In this document: one piece after another, positions 51,497-64,000 of the stretch
How the letters are laid out: the number at the start of each line of letters is the position of its first letter
Position numbering within the stretch: position 1 is the first letter of the stretch
Assembly: GCF_006345805.1 (NCBI RefSeq)
Contig: NC_043009.1
Location: 44,144,001-44,208,000, forward strand
Direction of reading: 5' to 3'
From: Octopus sinensis
Taxonomy: Eukaryota
DNA length: 64,000 nucleotides
Translations under genes and position numbers: made by a program
Notes under the pieces: generated by a model
The model's database searches: none
What the model was told of the DNA's origin: nothing
Seen by the model: only the letters and a program-made list of their open reading frames with translations

Positions 51497-52140
51497 TAAC
51501 TGAGTCTCACAGCAGGACCTGGCTCAGTGTGGTGCCATCATTCACAACTGGTTTGATAGCCACTGTCTGCACATCAATGTTTCCCTGAAGCAAGGCCTCC
51601 AGATCTGTGAACCTCATGAATGCCACTGCAGACCCACTGTGGATTCTTTTGGCCTCCACTCACTGTCATGCCATCAGAGTGCTGGTCACCTTCCATGCCG
51701 TGCAGCTCATAACAAGATCATAAAGCATGGCCTAGTCAGCACAGGCTTCCCTTTCCTGCTCAAGCAATCAGATCTAGACTGAAGGGACAGTAAAAGGCCT
51801 TATGGTATGGCAATTTTTCCATTCCGTGGCAGTAGGCCTTTCATTTGGGATTCCACATGCTGTGATACCTTCTCCAGTGGCAATTTGGTATGTTCAGCTA
51901 CCAGCCCAGGCTCTGCTGCCCGTCAGGCTAACAAAAGCAAACTTGCAAAGTATCGGTTGCCCTCTGACAGGTTTATGGTTGAACCTGTGGCAGTGAAGAC
52001 CTCTGGCGTTCTCGGTCCCCAGACCATATCCCTGCTCACTGCTTTTGGAATGGAGATGGCTATATGTGAGTGTGAGCCCTTTGAGTCAAAGTAACTGTTG
52101 CAGCATATCTCATCTCCCTTGCTACCCTCCAGAGTAATGC
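51497..52140 (+). mobile_element. Decayed CRE-clade (restriction-like endonuclease) non-LTR retrotransposon C-terminus
   Basis: TWLSVVPS...CEPHECHCRPTVDSFGLHSLSC (zinc knuckle)...D*RDSKRPYGMAIFPF.GSRPFIWDSTCCDTF...KLAKY...VEPVAVKTSGVLGP, matching the recalled RPDGxTxxPW-G-LxWDxT RLE motif. Confidence 0.75.
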
Positions 52141-52480
52141 CTTTCTGCTGAGACTATGGGGCAGTCCGAATTACAGGAAATTGTATATCTCACTCCTTAA
52201 TGTAAAGTTAAGTACAGGAATAGATATGAAATACAAGTTCATAAAAGCAAAGAACTATTAATTAAATATGTCGATGTGGAAATAGTGCAACAGATAAAAT
52301 GAATTTTAGCTGTATTAAACACACTGGAGGCAAACAGCCTTAATTGTGCTATTTTTAACCCTTTCATGACCGTATATCTAATGACACACATTGTCTACCA
52401 CTTTCAATTAACTTTGATAATAAATAACTAGCTTTTAGGATTGAATAAATTCCAAACTATTTTATATATATATATATATA

Positions 52481-52851
52481 GGCGCAGGAGTGACTGTGTA
52501 GTAAGTAGCTTGCTTACCAACCAGATGATTCCAGGTTCAGTCCTACTGCGTGGCACCTTGGGCAAGTGTCTTCTAGTATAGCCTCGAGTCAACCAAAGCC
52601 TTGTGAGTGGATTTGTTAGATGGAAACTGAAAGAAGCCCATCGGATATGTGTGTGTGTGTCTGTGTTTGTACCCCACCATCGCTTGACAAACAATGTTGG
52701 TGTGTTTACATCTCCGTAACTTAGCGGTTTGGCAAAAGAGACTGATAGAATAAGTACTAGGCTTACAAAGAATATGTCCTGGGGTCGATTTGTTTGACTA
52801 AAGGCGGTGCTCCAGCATGGCTGAAACAAATAAAAGAAAAGAATATATATA

Positions 52852-52884
<33 letters not shown>

Positions 52885-53240
52885 GGCGCAGGAGTGACTG
52901 TGTAGTAAGTAGCTTGCTTACCAACCAGATGATTCCAGGTTCAGTCCTACTGCGTGGCACCTTGGGCAAGTGTCTTCTAGTATAGCCTCGAGTCAACCAA
53001 AGCCTTGTGAGTGGATTTGTTAGATGGAAACTGAAAGAAGCCCATCGGATATGTGTGTCTGTGTTTGTACCCCACCATCGCTTGACAAACAATGTTGGTG
53101 TGTTTACATCTCCGTAACTTAGCGGTTTGGCAAAAGAGACTGATAGAATAAGTACTAGGCTTACAAAGAATATGTCCTGGGGTCGATTTGTTTGACTAAA
53201 GGCAGTGCTCCAGCATGGCTGAAACAAATAAAAGAAAAGA
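52481..53240 (+). repeat. Tandem duplication of one family A SINE copy (period ~404 bp)
   Basis: Copies start at 52481 and 52885 and share private variants (GTGACTGTGTAG, CCAGATGATTCC, GATTTGTTAG). Confidence 0.9.
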
Positions 53241-54207
53241 ATATATATATATATATATAGATAAGAAAGTTGGTTTGTGAAAGCACGTGGTTGAATATAT
53301 AGAAAATAGTAAAAAGTGAAAAAACTACAGAAGGCTTAAAGGTTAAAAAAATATATATATTTGCGTCAATATGTCTGAAGAATATTAAAAAAATTTTTTC
53401 CCTTACAATGATATAATTTAGAAGAAAGACGACCGGTATATATATATGTATATATATATATATATATATACACATCAGTCATTTATATCCCAGAAGTCAA
53501 ATTAATAATGACAGATCTGCTTTTATTTATTTGGTAGTTGGAATATATCCTAATAAACATTTTTTACTTGAAAAACATGATGGTTGGACTTAAATTAAAT
53601 TTTGAAATAGGAGATTCTGTATTATAGAAACCAAAGTGGTCTCTAGTTGGTTGGTGTCAGATGGGTATTATGTTTGCTGTTCTTTTCACCTGATTAATTA
53701 GCTATCATCTTTGTAACATATATATGTGTGTGTGTATGTATATATATCATCATCATCGTTTAATGTCCGCTTTCCATGCTAGCATGGGTTGGATAATTTG
53801 ACTGAGGACTGGCGAACCAGATGGCTGCACCAGGCTCCAATCTGATCTAGCAGAGTTTCTATAGCTGGATGCCCTTCCTAACGCCAACCACTCCAAGAGT
53901 GTAGTGGGCAATGCTGGTAACAATCATGCTCGGATGTGTATATATATGTGTGTATAACATATGTATGTATGTATATATATATATATATATATGTATGTAT
54001 TAGAAGAAATGAGGTACTCAGAAAATCGGATGGTTTATATTTACAGATATTTATTTGTATATTACATTTTTTATACATCATATAACTTAGATCATGTATT
54101 AGCGCTTTCTCCCATTCTAGTGGGGTTTTCAAATCAAACTAAGTTCCTGTGTGAAAAGTTTTGACCATTTTATAGTGGTGTATAACATATATGTATATAT
54201 ATGCGTA

Positions 54208-54238
<31 letters not shown>

Positions 54239-54303
54239 TGATAGAAATGGTAAGACAACAAAAGAAAGAAAGAGACCTCAATATTATATAAATAGAGGAA
54301 TTT

Positions 54304-54475
54304 ATCTGTAAATGTAATATGTGACAATTATTCGGTAGCCATAATAAAACTCTGAGTTTCGGATGTCGAGGGCCGGATAACTGAAGAGAAGGCAGCATGG
54401 ATTTCCACCCCGACATCCAAAACTCCGAGTTTTATCATGGCTACCGAATAATTGTCACATATTACATTTACAGAT
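54304..54475 (+). mobile_element. Penelope-like pLTR end with inverted truncated partner and decayed hammerhead (54376-54436)
   Basis: ~65-bp inverted arms; plus strand GATAA-CTGAAGA-...-AAAAC TCCGA GTT|TTATC; inverted copy retains CCGAAAC. Confidence 0.6.
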
Positions 54476-55228
54476 ATATATATATATATATATATATATA
54501 CCACGTGAACTACGATGAAAAAATATGAGAAAGATATGGTATATAATTTTTTTTGTGTAAGGGTTCCTTGAGACATGTAATATATATGTATATATATATA
54601 TATGTATGTAAAATCATTAGCATACCAGGAAAAATGCTTAATGCCATTTTGTCCGTCTTTATGTTCTGAGTTCAAATTCTGCTGAGGTTGTCTTTGCCTT
54701 TCATCCTTTCTGGGTTGATAAAAAGAAGTACCTTTTGAGCACTGAGGTTGATGTCATTGACTTAGCCCTTCCTCCAAAATTGCTGGCCTTGTACCAAAAT
54801 TTGAAACCAATATAATGCGTGTGTGGTTAAGCAGCTTGCTCCGTAACCCGCTAGTTTCTGGTTCAGTCCTACAGACACCTTTAGCAGGCATCCTCTACTG
54901 CAGCCCTAGGTTGACTAAAGCCTTGTTAATGGATTTGGTGGATGGAAACTGAAAGAAGCCTTTTGTGTGTGTGTGTGTTTGCATTTCTTTTTCTTGACAT
55001 TGTGTGATAGATGTAAATGATTGTCACTCATACAAGCAGTTTCATTTATTTTCAATATTCTGCAAAACCATGTGGAGGAAATATAAACCTTGCTTTAGAA
55101 ACAATTAAGGGTCCTGACAGGCAGGGAATCTAGACATAAAAAATCTGCCTTGATAAACTCCATTTGACCGATTGCAAGCAGAGAAAAGTGAATGTTAAAA
55201 CAAGTTTTGACAATTTTAACAAGTTTAA

Positions 55229-55448
55229 CCCTTTCATTACTGTATTTATTTTGAGATGCTCTGTGTTTCTTTCAATTACTTTAAATATAACAAAGAATTT
55301 AGTAAAATAACTTAGTTATCATTCAGCTAGTGTTAGGAACATAAATTGTGACTAAGGTTTGGTGGAAGATTTTAATTCAAAACTTATGAAAACAAGATAT
55401 TGGTACTCAGAGTCAGAGCCGGTGTCAGCCGGGTTGGTAATGAAAGGG
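55229..55448. mobile_element. piggyBac-type MITE, second family (TTAA|CCCTTTC(A/G)TTAC...GTAA(T/C)GAAAGGG|TTAA)
   Basis: TTAA flanks and 12-bp TIRs; second copy at 60208-60428. Confidence 0.75.
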
Positions 55449-58400
55449 TTAACTCTTTAGCATTCAGATTACTCTCAAATGTATTGCTTATTTATTCACA
55501 TTAAAAAAAAAACTAATTATGTATTATTTTTAGAATAACATTGTAGGGTAGGTATGAGATACTGGATCTGGTCAGTTTGAACATAAAACAATTTGGGCTG
55601 GATATGGCTGAGGAAAGGTAAATTACTCCTTAACCCTTTAGCATTCAGATTAATTAACCTGTCAAATATAATGCATATTTATTTACATAGTTTTGAATTA
55701 ATCATTCATTATCTCATAGCTTTGAAACTTTGATGATTGGCCGCTTATTTTTAGAATGACAATGGAGGGTAGGTGTGAGAGGCTGGATCTGGCCAGTTTG
55801 AACATAAAATATATAGAATATTTCAGCTGGATATGCATGATTTAAATTGAATCGGAGGGCTTCACCTTGCTACGGGCCAATAAAAAATTTTTTTTCTTCA
55901 CCATTCTAGTGGTTCAAGGTACATAGAATTACTTATTCAGCACAAACACAACAAAATGCTAGCTTTGGTTGTTGAACTCGTGACCTGTCAGTACAAATAA
56001 CCCTCAAATTAAGTGCTTTATCAACTTGGCCATTTCAAAATCTCTTAATAACAAAGGATTTATCTTTTTTCTATTTATTTTGTTTTTGTTTCTAGTCATC
56101 AAAAAGTTCTAAATCTTGACATTCGCCTATTTTCGTTTCTGTATGCTCTAAGATGATATGAAACTAGCAAAAAGGTCTTATCCTATCTCTGTTTCAGTGC
56201 TATCTATAACTAATTAGTTGATATACTCGCACCAGCTTTCAGTGCCAATTATTAGCAGCAGCTTGTAGGATTAGTCTAATCAATTGTACTGGTCTATTTA
56301 CAAAAGCTGGCTTTATGCCTAGAATTAATGGTATTATCATCAATTTATTACTAATGCTCTTCGAAAATACATGTAAACTATAAACAATTGTGTATCTAAA
56401 ATTATTTTCAGCAACCATCTTTTTAATGGAAATTTCATTGCATTTTGTTCTATTTTCTTTCAATTGTTCTCTTTGAGAAATACCAATAAAATGGCAGGCT
56501 GCTGCTGTTATTGTTATTCAGTCCTAGGTCTGTCCTGATTGAGTAGATATATGATTAAAGGTGTTTCTTCTGTAGTTATCCTATCTTATTTATCCACAAC
56601 TATGTTGCCTAGCATGACCCTTTTTCTTTTATATTTTCATCATATTCCTGTTGAAATGAAGGTGCATGGCTTAGTAGTTAGAGCATCTGTCTCACATTCA
56701 TGAGGTAGCGAGTTCGATTCCTGGACTGTGTTGTGTTCTGGAGCAAGTCACTTTATTTCATGTTACTCCAGTTCACTCAGATGTAGAAATGAGTTATGAT
56801 GTCACTGGTGCCAAGCTGTATTGGCATTTACCTTTCCCTTGGCTACCATCAGTGGCATGGAGAGGAGAGGCTGGTATACAAGGACGACTGCTGGTGTTCC
56901 ATAAACAAATTTGCTTGGACTTGCACCTCAGAGGGGAACTTCCTAGGTGCAATTTCATGGTCATTCATGACTGAAGTGGGTCTTTACCCTTTACTCCAAC
57001 TTTTCTCAACAGGGATTCCACAAAAGGTTCCTAGGGCTCCCGTGAGGAAGAGTGAGATAAGCTAATGCTAATTTCATGATAGTAATATTACTATACATGC
57101 GCAATATATTATTGGTTAATGTAATATAGGCATCATCCTATCTAACCTATTATGTTATCAAAAAAATATAACAACCATTGGGGATATATTTAGTGATTTC
57201 TGTAATTTATAGATATCCAATATATATGTTTATTCAAAAAGCACCATCCGATCGTGGCCGTTGCCAGCCTTGCCTGGCCTCCGTGCCGCTGGCATGTAAA
57301 AAGCACCATCTGATCGTGTCTGTTGCCAGCCTCACCTGGCCCCCGTGCCGGTGGCATGTAAAAAGCACCATCCGACTGTGGCCATTTGCCAGCCCTGTCT
57401 GGCAACTGTGCCAGTGGCACGTAAAAAGCACCCACTACACTCATGGAGTGGTTGGTGTTAGGAAGGGCATCCAGCCATAGAAACACTGCCAGATCAGACT
57501 GGGCCTGGTGCAGCCTTCTAGCTTTCCAGACCCCAGTTGAACCGTCCAACCCATGCTAGCATGGAAAGCGGACGCTAAATGATGATGATGATATATGATA
57601 TTTACCATGTGAACTACGATGAAAAAAATATGAGAAAGATATGGTATATAATTTTTTTTTGCGTAGGGGTTCCTTGAGATGTAATTTATTTTAAGGGTCA
57701 TGCAACGGTAAAAAGGTTGAGAAACACTGCTTTACTCTGTTGTAACAGCATTGTTTTTGTTTCACTTTACTTCGAAAATAATGAAGAATTTATTAACCTT
57801 TTTGCATTTAAACCAGTCAAAGCCAGCTGAATTATTCTACCTGTTTTATGTTTAACCCTTTAGTGTTCAGATTATTCAGTCAAACATAATGCTTACTGAT
57901 TCCCATTGATTTGAATTAATCATGCATTATCTCATATCTTCAAGATCTTGATGGTGTAATTACTTAATGTAGAATAACATTGTAGGGTAGGTGTGAGAAC
58001 CTGGATCTGGTCAGTTTGAACATAAAACAGATTAACTATTTTGGCCGGATATGGCTGGTTTAAATACTAAAGGGTTAAACCAGCCAAACTTACGGTCATT
58101 CCAGAAATAATCACATCATTGAAATCTCAAAGCTATGGGATAATGCACAATTAATTCAAAGCAATGTAAATAAATAAACATTACATTTGACAGAGTAATC
58201 TGAATGTTAAAATAACTGAATGTTAAGGGTTAAAATAACTCATTATTAATCTAGTATTTGGAATATAAATTAACATGAAATTTTGAGAGAAGGTTTTAAT
58301 TTAGATCACTTTAATACCAAAGAGTTTGTATTATAGAACCAAGATCAGTATCACGTGGACTGGTGTCAAAATGTATTAAGACAGGGTATGAATGATTTCA

Positions 58401-60688
58401 GGGAGGTTTGGCTGCTATTTCTAGTAGTTGGAGTAACCATGTAGACATTCTCTCTCATTGGCTCATTAAACTGTTATGTTAAATTGCTGTTTACCTAAAT
58501 CAGTTTTATTAGTTCAAGATCATCAAGTCTGTTTTCCATGCAATAGAAAACGTAGTAGTAATACTACTACTACTAGGAGTAAATTGAAGTGTTGCTGGTT
58601 CAAAATCACACAGGAATGGTTCCTTTAAACTTTTTACTTGTTGCAGTCATTGTACTTTGGCCATGCTGGGTTGTCTCCTTGAAGGGTTTAAGCTGAACAG
58701 ACTGAGTCCAGTTCTTATTTTTTAAGTCTGGTACTTATTCTGTCAGTCTCTTTTGCTGAACTGACTACTAAGTTACTTGGATGTAAACAAACCAACACCA
58801 ATTGTCAAGTAATGGGATTGGGCAAGTAACACACACACACACACATTAATACAATAGAAGCAACTGTTAGCTTTATAAGGTGACTTCTACAATAAAGATG
58901 TGATTTTCTCTATTTTTGTTATATATAGCGGTTACCAGTTTTTTATAGTGGATACCAGTTTTTATATAGCAGATGTTTTCTGGTTGGTTTGTTTACTGTT
59001 AGTGTAACGCTACTTTTATATGTTTCCTATTTTAAAATGGATAAATATATTTAGCTTTTGAAGTAGGGATATATAATGATAAACCCGTCACTTGTAAGTG
59101 TTTTCATTATACATAAATTCTGACTCCAGCTACATAAATGCCATAGCGAGAAATATATTTTCTGAAACGCTAATGGACATTATGCGTGCATGTATGTTGA
59201 ATATAAATAATTTTGTGTTCTTTTAACCGCTATAAAAAAATACAGTTTCATAATTACAGAAATACATTTCATTAATAAGTTGAAGAACGTGAAAAAAGAG
59301 AAAGTTGACTCATTTAATGTCAGAATAGGTTTTTACTGAAAAATTAATGGCTTAAATATGTATAATGAAGTTGACTTTTATTTATGCTGGACAGTATAAT
59401 GCTTACTTTTTCTGTATAAATGTACTAAAACCATTAAATGATTAACTAGTTTTTGAAGTCTGACATTCATGCTGGTAAACACGGTCCAGGCCATATTCTA
59501 CATTGCTTGGAGTTGCTACCTATCGCAATAGAGCACATATTTAATTTCTCTTGCGCAGTAAACGATTCATAAGTTCTGCTCATACTGACAATAACAGTAA
59601 TGACAAATTTTAAAGTTTGCTTGACATTTTATAAGTGTAAAAGGGATTAAAATTTCAATACTCTGTATCAAAGGTTCCGACAAGAATAGACGGAAAAGAA
59701 TTTCGTTTACATAATCAGATTGATTGGCCACCTTCCTCTGTCAGTTGAGTAAAGTGTCATCCAAGCTGATGTTTATTGGTAATTAAAGTTATGCAACACC
59801 TGTGCATATTTATCAGTTCTGTTTTTGTTGGTAATTCAATATCAACAACTTTTCCTGTGATCATGATTTGAGAACACAGCAGTATGCTAAAGATCGGACA
59901 TAGTCTCTTGTAGGCAAGAAATGTAAAATAAAGTTTATGATAAACAACACAAACACTTCATAATTTAATAGCTTTCAATGTGATACCTGTTAAACAGAAA
60001 TTAGTTTTATTTAATGAAAATTTAATAAAATCTTATCATAAGTAAGTGAAATTATGCTAAATACAACTAAATTAAAAGCCCTTTTCCCTTGGCTATATCG
60101 GCACTTGCCCAAGGTGCCATGCAATGGGACTGAACCCAGAATGATGTAGTTGGGAAGCAAACTTCTTACCACACAGCCACACCTGTGCCTCAGCTAGACT
60201 TTCTTAACCCTTTCGTTACTGAATTTATTTTGAGATGCTCAGTGTTTCTTCCAATTATGTTAAATATAACAAAGAATTAAGTAAAATAACATCGTTATCA
60301 TTAAGCTAGAGTTAGGGACATAAATTGTGACTAAGGTTTGGTGGAAGGTTTTAATTCAGAACTTTTGAAAACCAGACATTTGTACTAAAGAGCCAGAGCC
60401 GGTTTCAGCCGGGTTGGTAACGAAAGGGTTAATCCAATGTAGGAGCCTCTCTGGAGTCATTCAACTTGCTAGAAATAGCAGCCAAAATCTCAATCAGCAA
60501 AATAAAAAAAAGTAAACATTAGATTATATAGTTTCAGTTAAACTGTGAACAAGGATAGTTATAACTGCGGCAACTTGGATTACAATTCTGTTTGATCAGT
60601 ACTGACGTGGTATGAAACTATTTTAAACAAGTTTCCCTTTTGAAAATTTATACCCTTTAGTAATTTGAAGAACGCATATACAGCTAAC

Positions 60689-60746
<58 letters not shown>

Positions 60747-63456
60747 TCTTTTAAATATCTTAAGGCAGCAAACTAGCAGAATCATTAGCCTACTGGGCAA
60801 AATGCTTAGCAGTATTTCATCTGTCTCTATGTTCTGAGTTCAAATTCTGCTGAGGTCAACTGTGCCTTTCACCCTTTTGAGGTCCGTCAAATTAGTACCA
60901 ATTGGGCACTGAGGTTGATCTAATCGACTTACTTCCTGCCTGAAATTGCTGGCCCTGTGCCAAAAATTGAAACCACTAGTTGTCCAACCCATGCCAGTAT
61001 GGAAGGCGGATGTTAAGTGATGATGATCATGATTTTTAAATATCTTTTAGGGCTCAGACCCTTGGAAAGGATCCTGGTTTTCTTGTCTCTCTACCTTGAA
61101 GACTTATATAAATGCTTGATTTTGGCATCTTTCTCAAGGTGCAGGTGTGGCTCTTTGGTAAGAGACTTACTTCCTAAATATGTGGTCCTGGGCATAGTCC
61201 CACTACATGGCACCTTGGGCAAGTATCTTCCACTATAACCGTGAACTGACCAAAGCCTTGTGACTGGATTTGGTACATGGAGATTGAAAAAGCCCGATCC
61301 TCTACCACTGCTTGACAGCCAGTGTTGGTTTCTTTGTCTCCATTACTTAGTGGTTCAGCAAAAGGAAACCAATAGAATTAGTACAAGGCTTAAAAATTAG
61401 TGTAGAGGCCAATTTGTTCAATGAAATCTTTCAAAGCAGTGCCCAAGCATGGCTGCAGTCCAAAGATCGAAACCAGTAAGAGATGAGTATTGTACAGAAA
61501 TTCTGACCATTTCCTACTTGTCTTTACTAATGTCATAAATATTTTTAAAATGATGGTTTTGAAATCTGACAGGATATCCAGTAATTTTGTCTGATAGCTG
61601 TTTACTCCAGCTGTAAGTTCTCAACAAGTTCTAACCAACTGTTTTGATGTTCCTGGTTGGAACTTCTCTGCAATTGCCAGTCTTTTCCTTTATAAATTTG
61701 ATCCTCAAATGTTAAAGTAATTGAAGACGCTACCACTTAAAGTACTTTAAGGCAAACATGTCACTTTGAGAAGTAGAATTTTTAATTGTTAGATATGTTT
61801 ATGTATGTGTGTGTATATATATATATATGTATATCGTTGTTGTCGTTTAATGTCCACTTTCCATGCTGGTAAGGGTTGGACGGTTTGACTGAGGACTGGC
61901 GAGCCAGAAGGCTGCACTAGGCGCCAATCTGATCTGGCAAAGTTTCTACAGCTGGATGCCTTTCCTAACGCCAACCACTCCAAGAGTGTAGTGGGTGCTT
62001 TTACATGCCACCGGTATGAGGGCCAGTCAGGCAGTACTGGCATCAACCTCACTCAAAAGGTGTTTTTTACGTGCCACCTGCATGAGAGCCAGTCCGGCAG
62101 GTCTGGCAACGACCACACTCAAATGTTTTATAAAAATATATATTATTTGTTATTTATTTATTGGTTTATGTCTATCACTGTTTGAGTTGCATAATAGTAG
62201 TTTTATCTCTAATTTATATTTGATATATTTATACTGTGAAATTTGATTTAATACTAAATCGAATTTTTCCCTGTAAGTTTGGAGTTATACTCCCTAATAT
62301 TATTATGTATATATATATGTGTGTGTGTGTATGTATAAAAACCACCCACTACACTCCTGGAGTGGTTGGCGTTAGGAAGGGCATCCAGCTGTAGAAACCC
62401 TGCCAGATCAGACTGGAGCCTGGTGCAGCCCCTGGCTTCCCAGACCCCGGTCGAACCGTCCAACCTGTGCTAGCACGGAAAACGGACGTTAAACGATGAT
62501 GATATGTATGTATCCACATGAATGTCTGTCTGCAAATACATGCTATGTATCTATCACTAAACATTTGATACTGTAATAGATATCAGTGGTGTGACCTCAT
62601 TTCTTTGAAGCATGGAGATTATTGAATAGCAATATTTTTAATTTACCACTGTATTTTGTTATATAGATATACACAGACCCATTGTGTTGAAAAGGTAGTT
62701 ACTGAGAATCAATTGTTTCATTCCACTCAAATGTTCAACTTAAAGTACATGAAACACAAGTGTAATCAACCACGTTTATTGCAAATGGCTGACTGCCAGA
62801 CTTCACCTAAAATACACCATAATGCCCTTGGACTGAAACGGCTTCTAATTTTGAGTGATGGCACCAGACTGCTCCCACTTACATGTCGAGTCTAGCTTCC
62901 TGCTTCCCAGCATATCACTGCAGTAATCATTGACATGATCACCATCACTGGTCTTAGATCTTACTTGGGTCACACTCAATAATTGGAACGCTTTTCTGTA
63001 AAAGCAGAGTTTGATTGATTTCCTGTGGAGTTTAGTCTTCTAGGTGAAGTAGTGGTGGTGGTGATGGGCTCTATCTTTAACTGTGACTGTCCACTTGACC
63101 ATCTCATGTCAGGTTTGTTGCAATGCAAAGGAGGGATATAATTTCATGGTGTAATTCCTCTAAACCATTACTCTATTATTATTTTACCTGGTAACTTTGA
63201 GTAAACATCAAGTTGTATTTTCTTTTAGAGTTCCATTTTAACTGTTTCCACTATAATTTTAGAATAGTAGAGTTAACAGTTATTTGAAACCCCAGTGATC
63301 ATTTATTCGCAGTTTTCCTATATTGGTGGCAACAGATTTTGTTTTATCATGTTGTTGGTTATGAGTACATGCTACTGCCAATGTTCAATGAGGCAGAAAT
63401 GCTTCTAGCATTCTCACCATCCACTGCACAGATCATTTTTGTCTACCTCCTATATG

Positions 63457-63498
<42 letters not shown>

Positions 63499-64000
63499 CA
63501 GTAATGCTTGGGTATATGAGTTAATTTGTTCCTGGAGATTGCTCATAAAGTGAAAACTTGTAAAGCCGAGCAATAATTTCCCATAGTAGCATTGTTGCCA
63601 TTATTTAATGTTCGCTTTCCATACTGGCATAGGTTGGACAGTTTGACTGGGGATTGGCAAACCAGGAGGCTGCACCAAACTCCAATCTTATCTGGCAATA
63701 TTTCTACAGCTGGATGCCCTTCCTAACACCAACCACTCCAAGAGTGTAGTGAGTGCTTTTTACGTGCCACGGGATCCAGTTAGGTGGCACTGGCATCAGC
63801 CACGTTCGGATGGTGCCTTTTACATGCCACCGGCACAGGAGCCAGTAGGGGCGGGGAGAGGGGGCTGGCATTGACCATGTTCGGATGGTGGTTTTTACAT
63901 GCTGCCAGCACAAATCGTAATTTGTTCCCAGAAAATTAATTTACCTGTAAAATTTATAGTACTCATAAATAAATGGCAATAAAGCAACGGTAGAATGTAA

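Noticed and set aside
52428-53227. Twin 133/154-aa ORFs suggesting a duplicated gene
   Set aside because: Antisense translation of the tandemly duplicated SINE

Overview
AT-rich, microsatellite- and SINE-dense animal genomic DNA; the repeat content suggests a cephalopod, probably Octopus (inference). Two divergent genes are supported. On the minus strand are six GT-AG coding exons of ALKBH8 (RRM + AlkB dioxygenase domains, 34372->18134); no methyltransferase-domain exons were recognised in the remaining 18 kb. On the plus strand is coding exon 1 of THOC2 (44422-44486), preceded by an ETS-CRE promoter motif. The rest is mobile DNA: several SINE families, CR1/L2-, RTE- and CRE-clade LINE fragments, a Buster/Charlie-type hAT with an intact 8-bp TSD, nested foldback elements, piggyBac-type MITEs and a ~2.9-kb 26-bp minisatellite. 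The most notable observations are (i) four different type I hammerhead-ribozyme motifs, one inside a 359-bp-period retrozyme/Penelope-like unit, and (ii) apparent loss of the ALKBH8 structural zinc ligands. Almost all ORFs in the supplied track are microsatellite or SINE artefacts. Repeat boundaries are approximate unless a TSD is quoted. All family assignments are from recalled motifs, not database searches.
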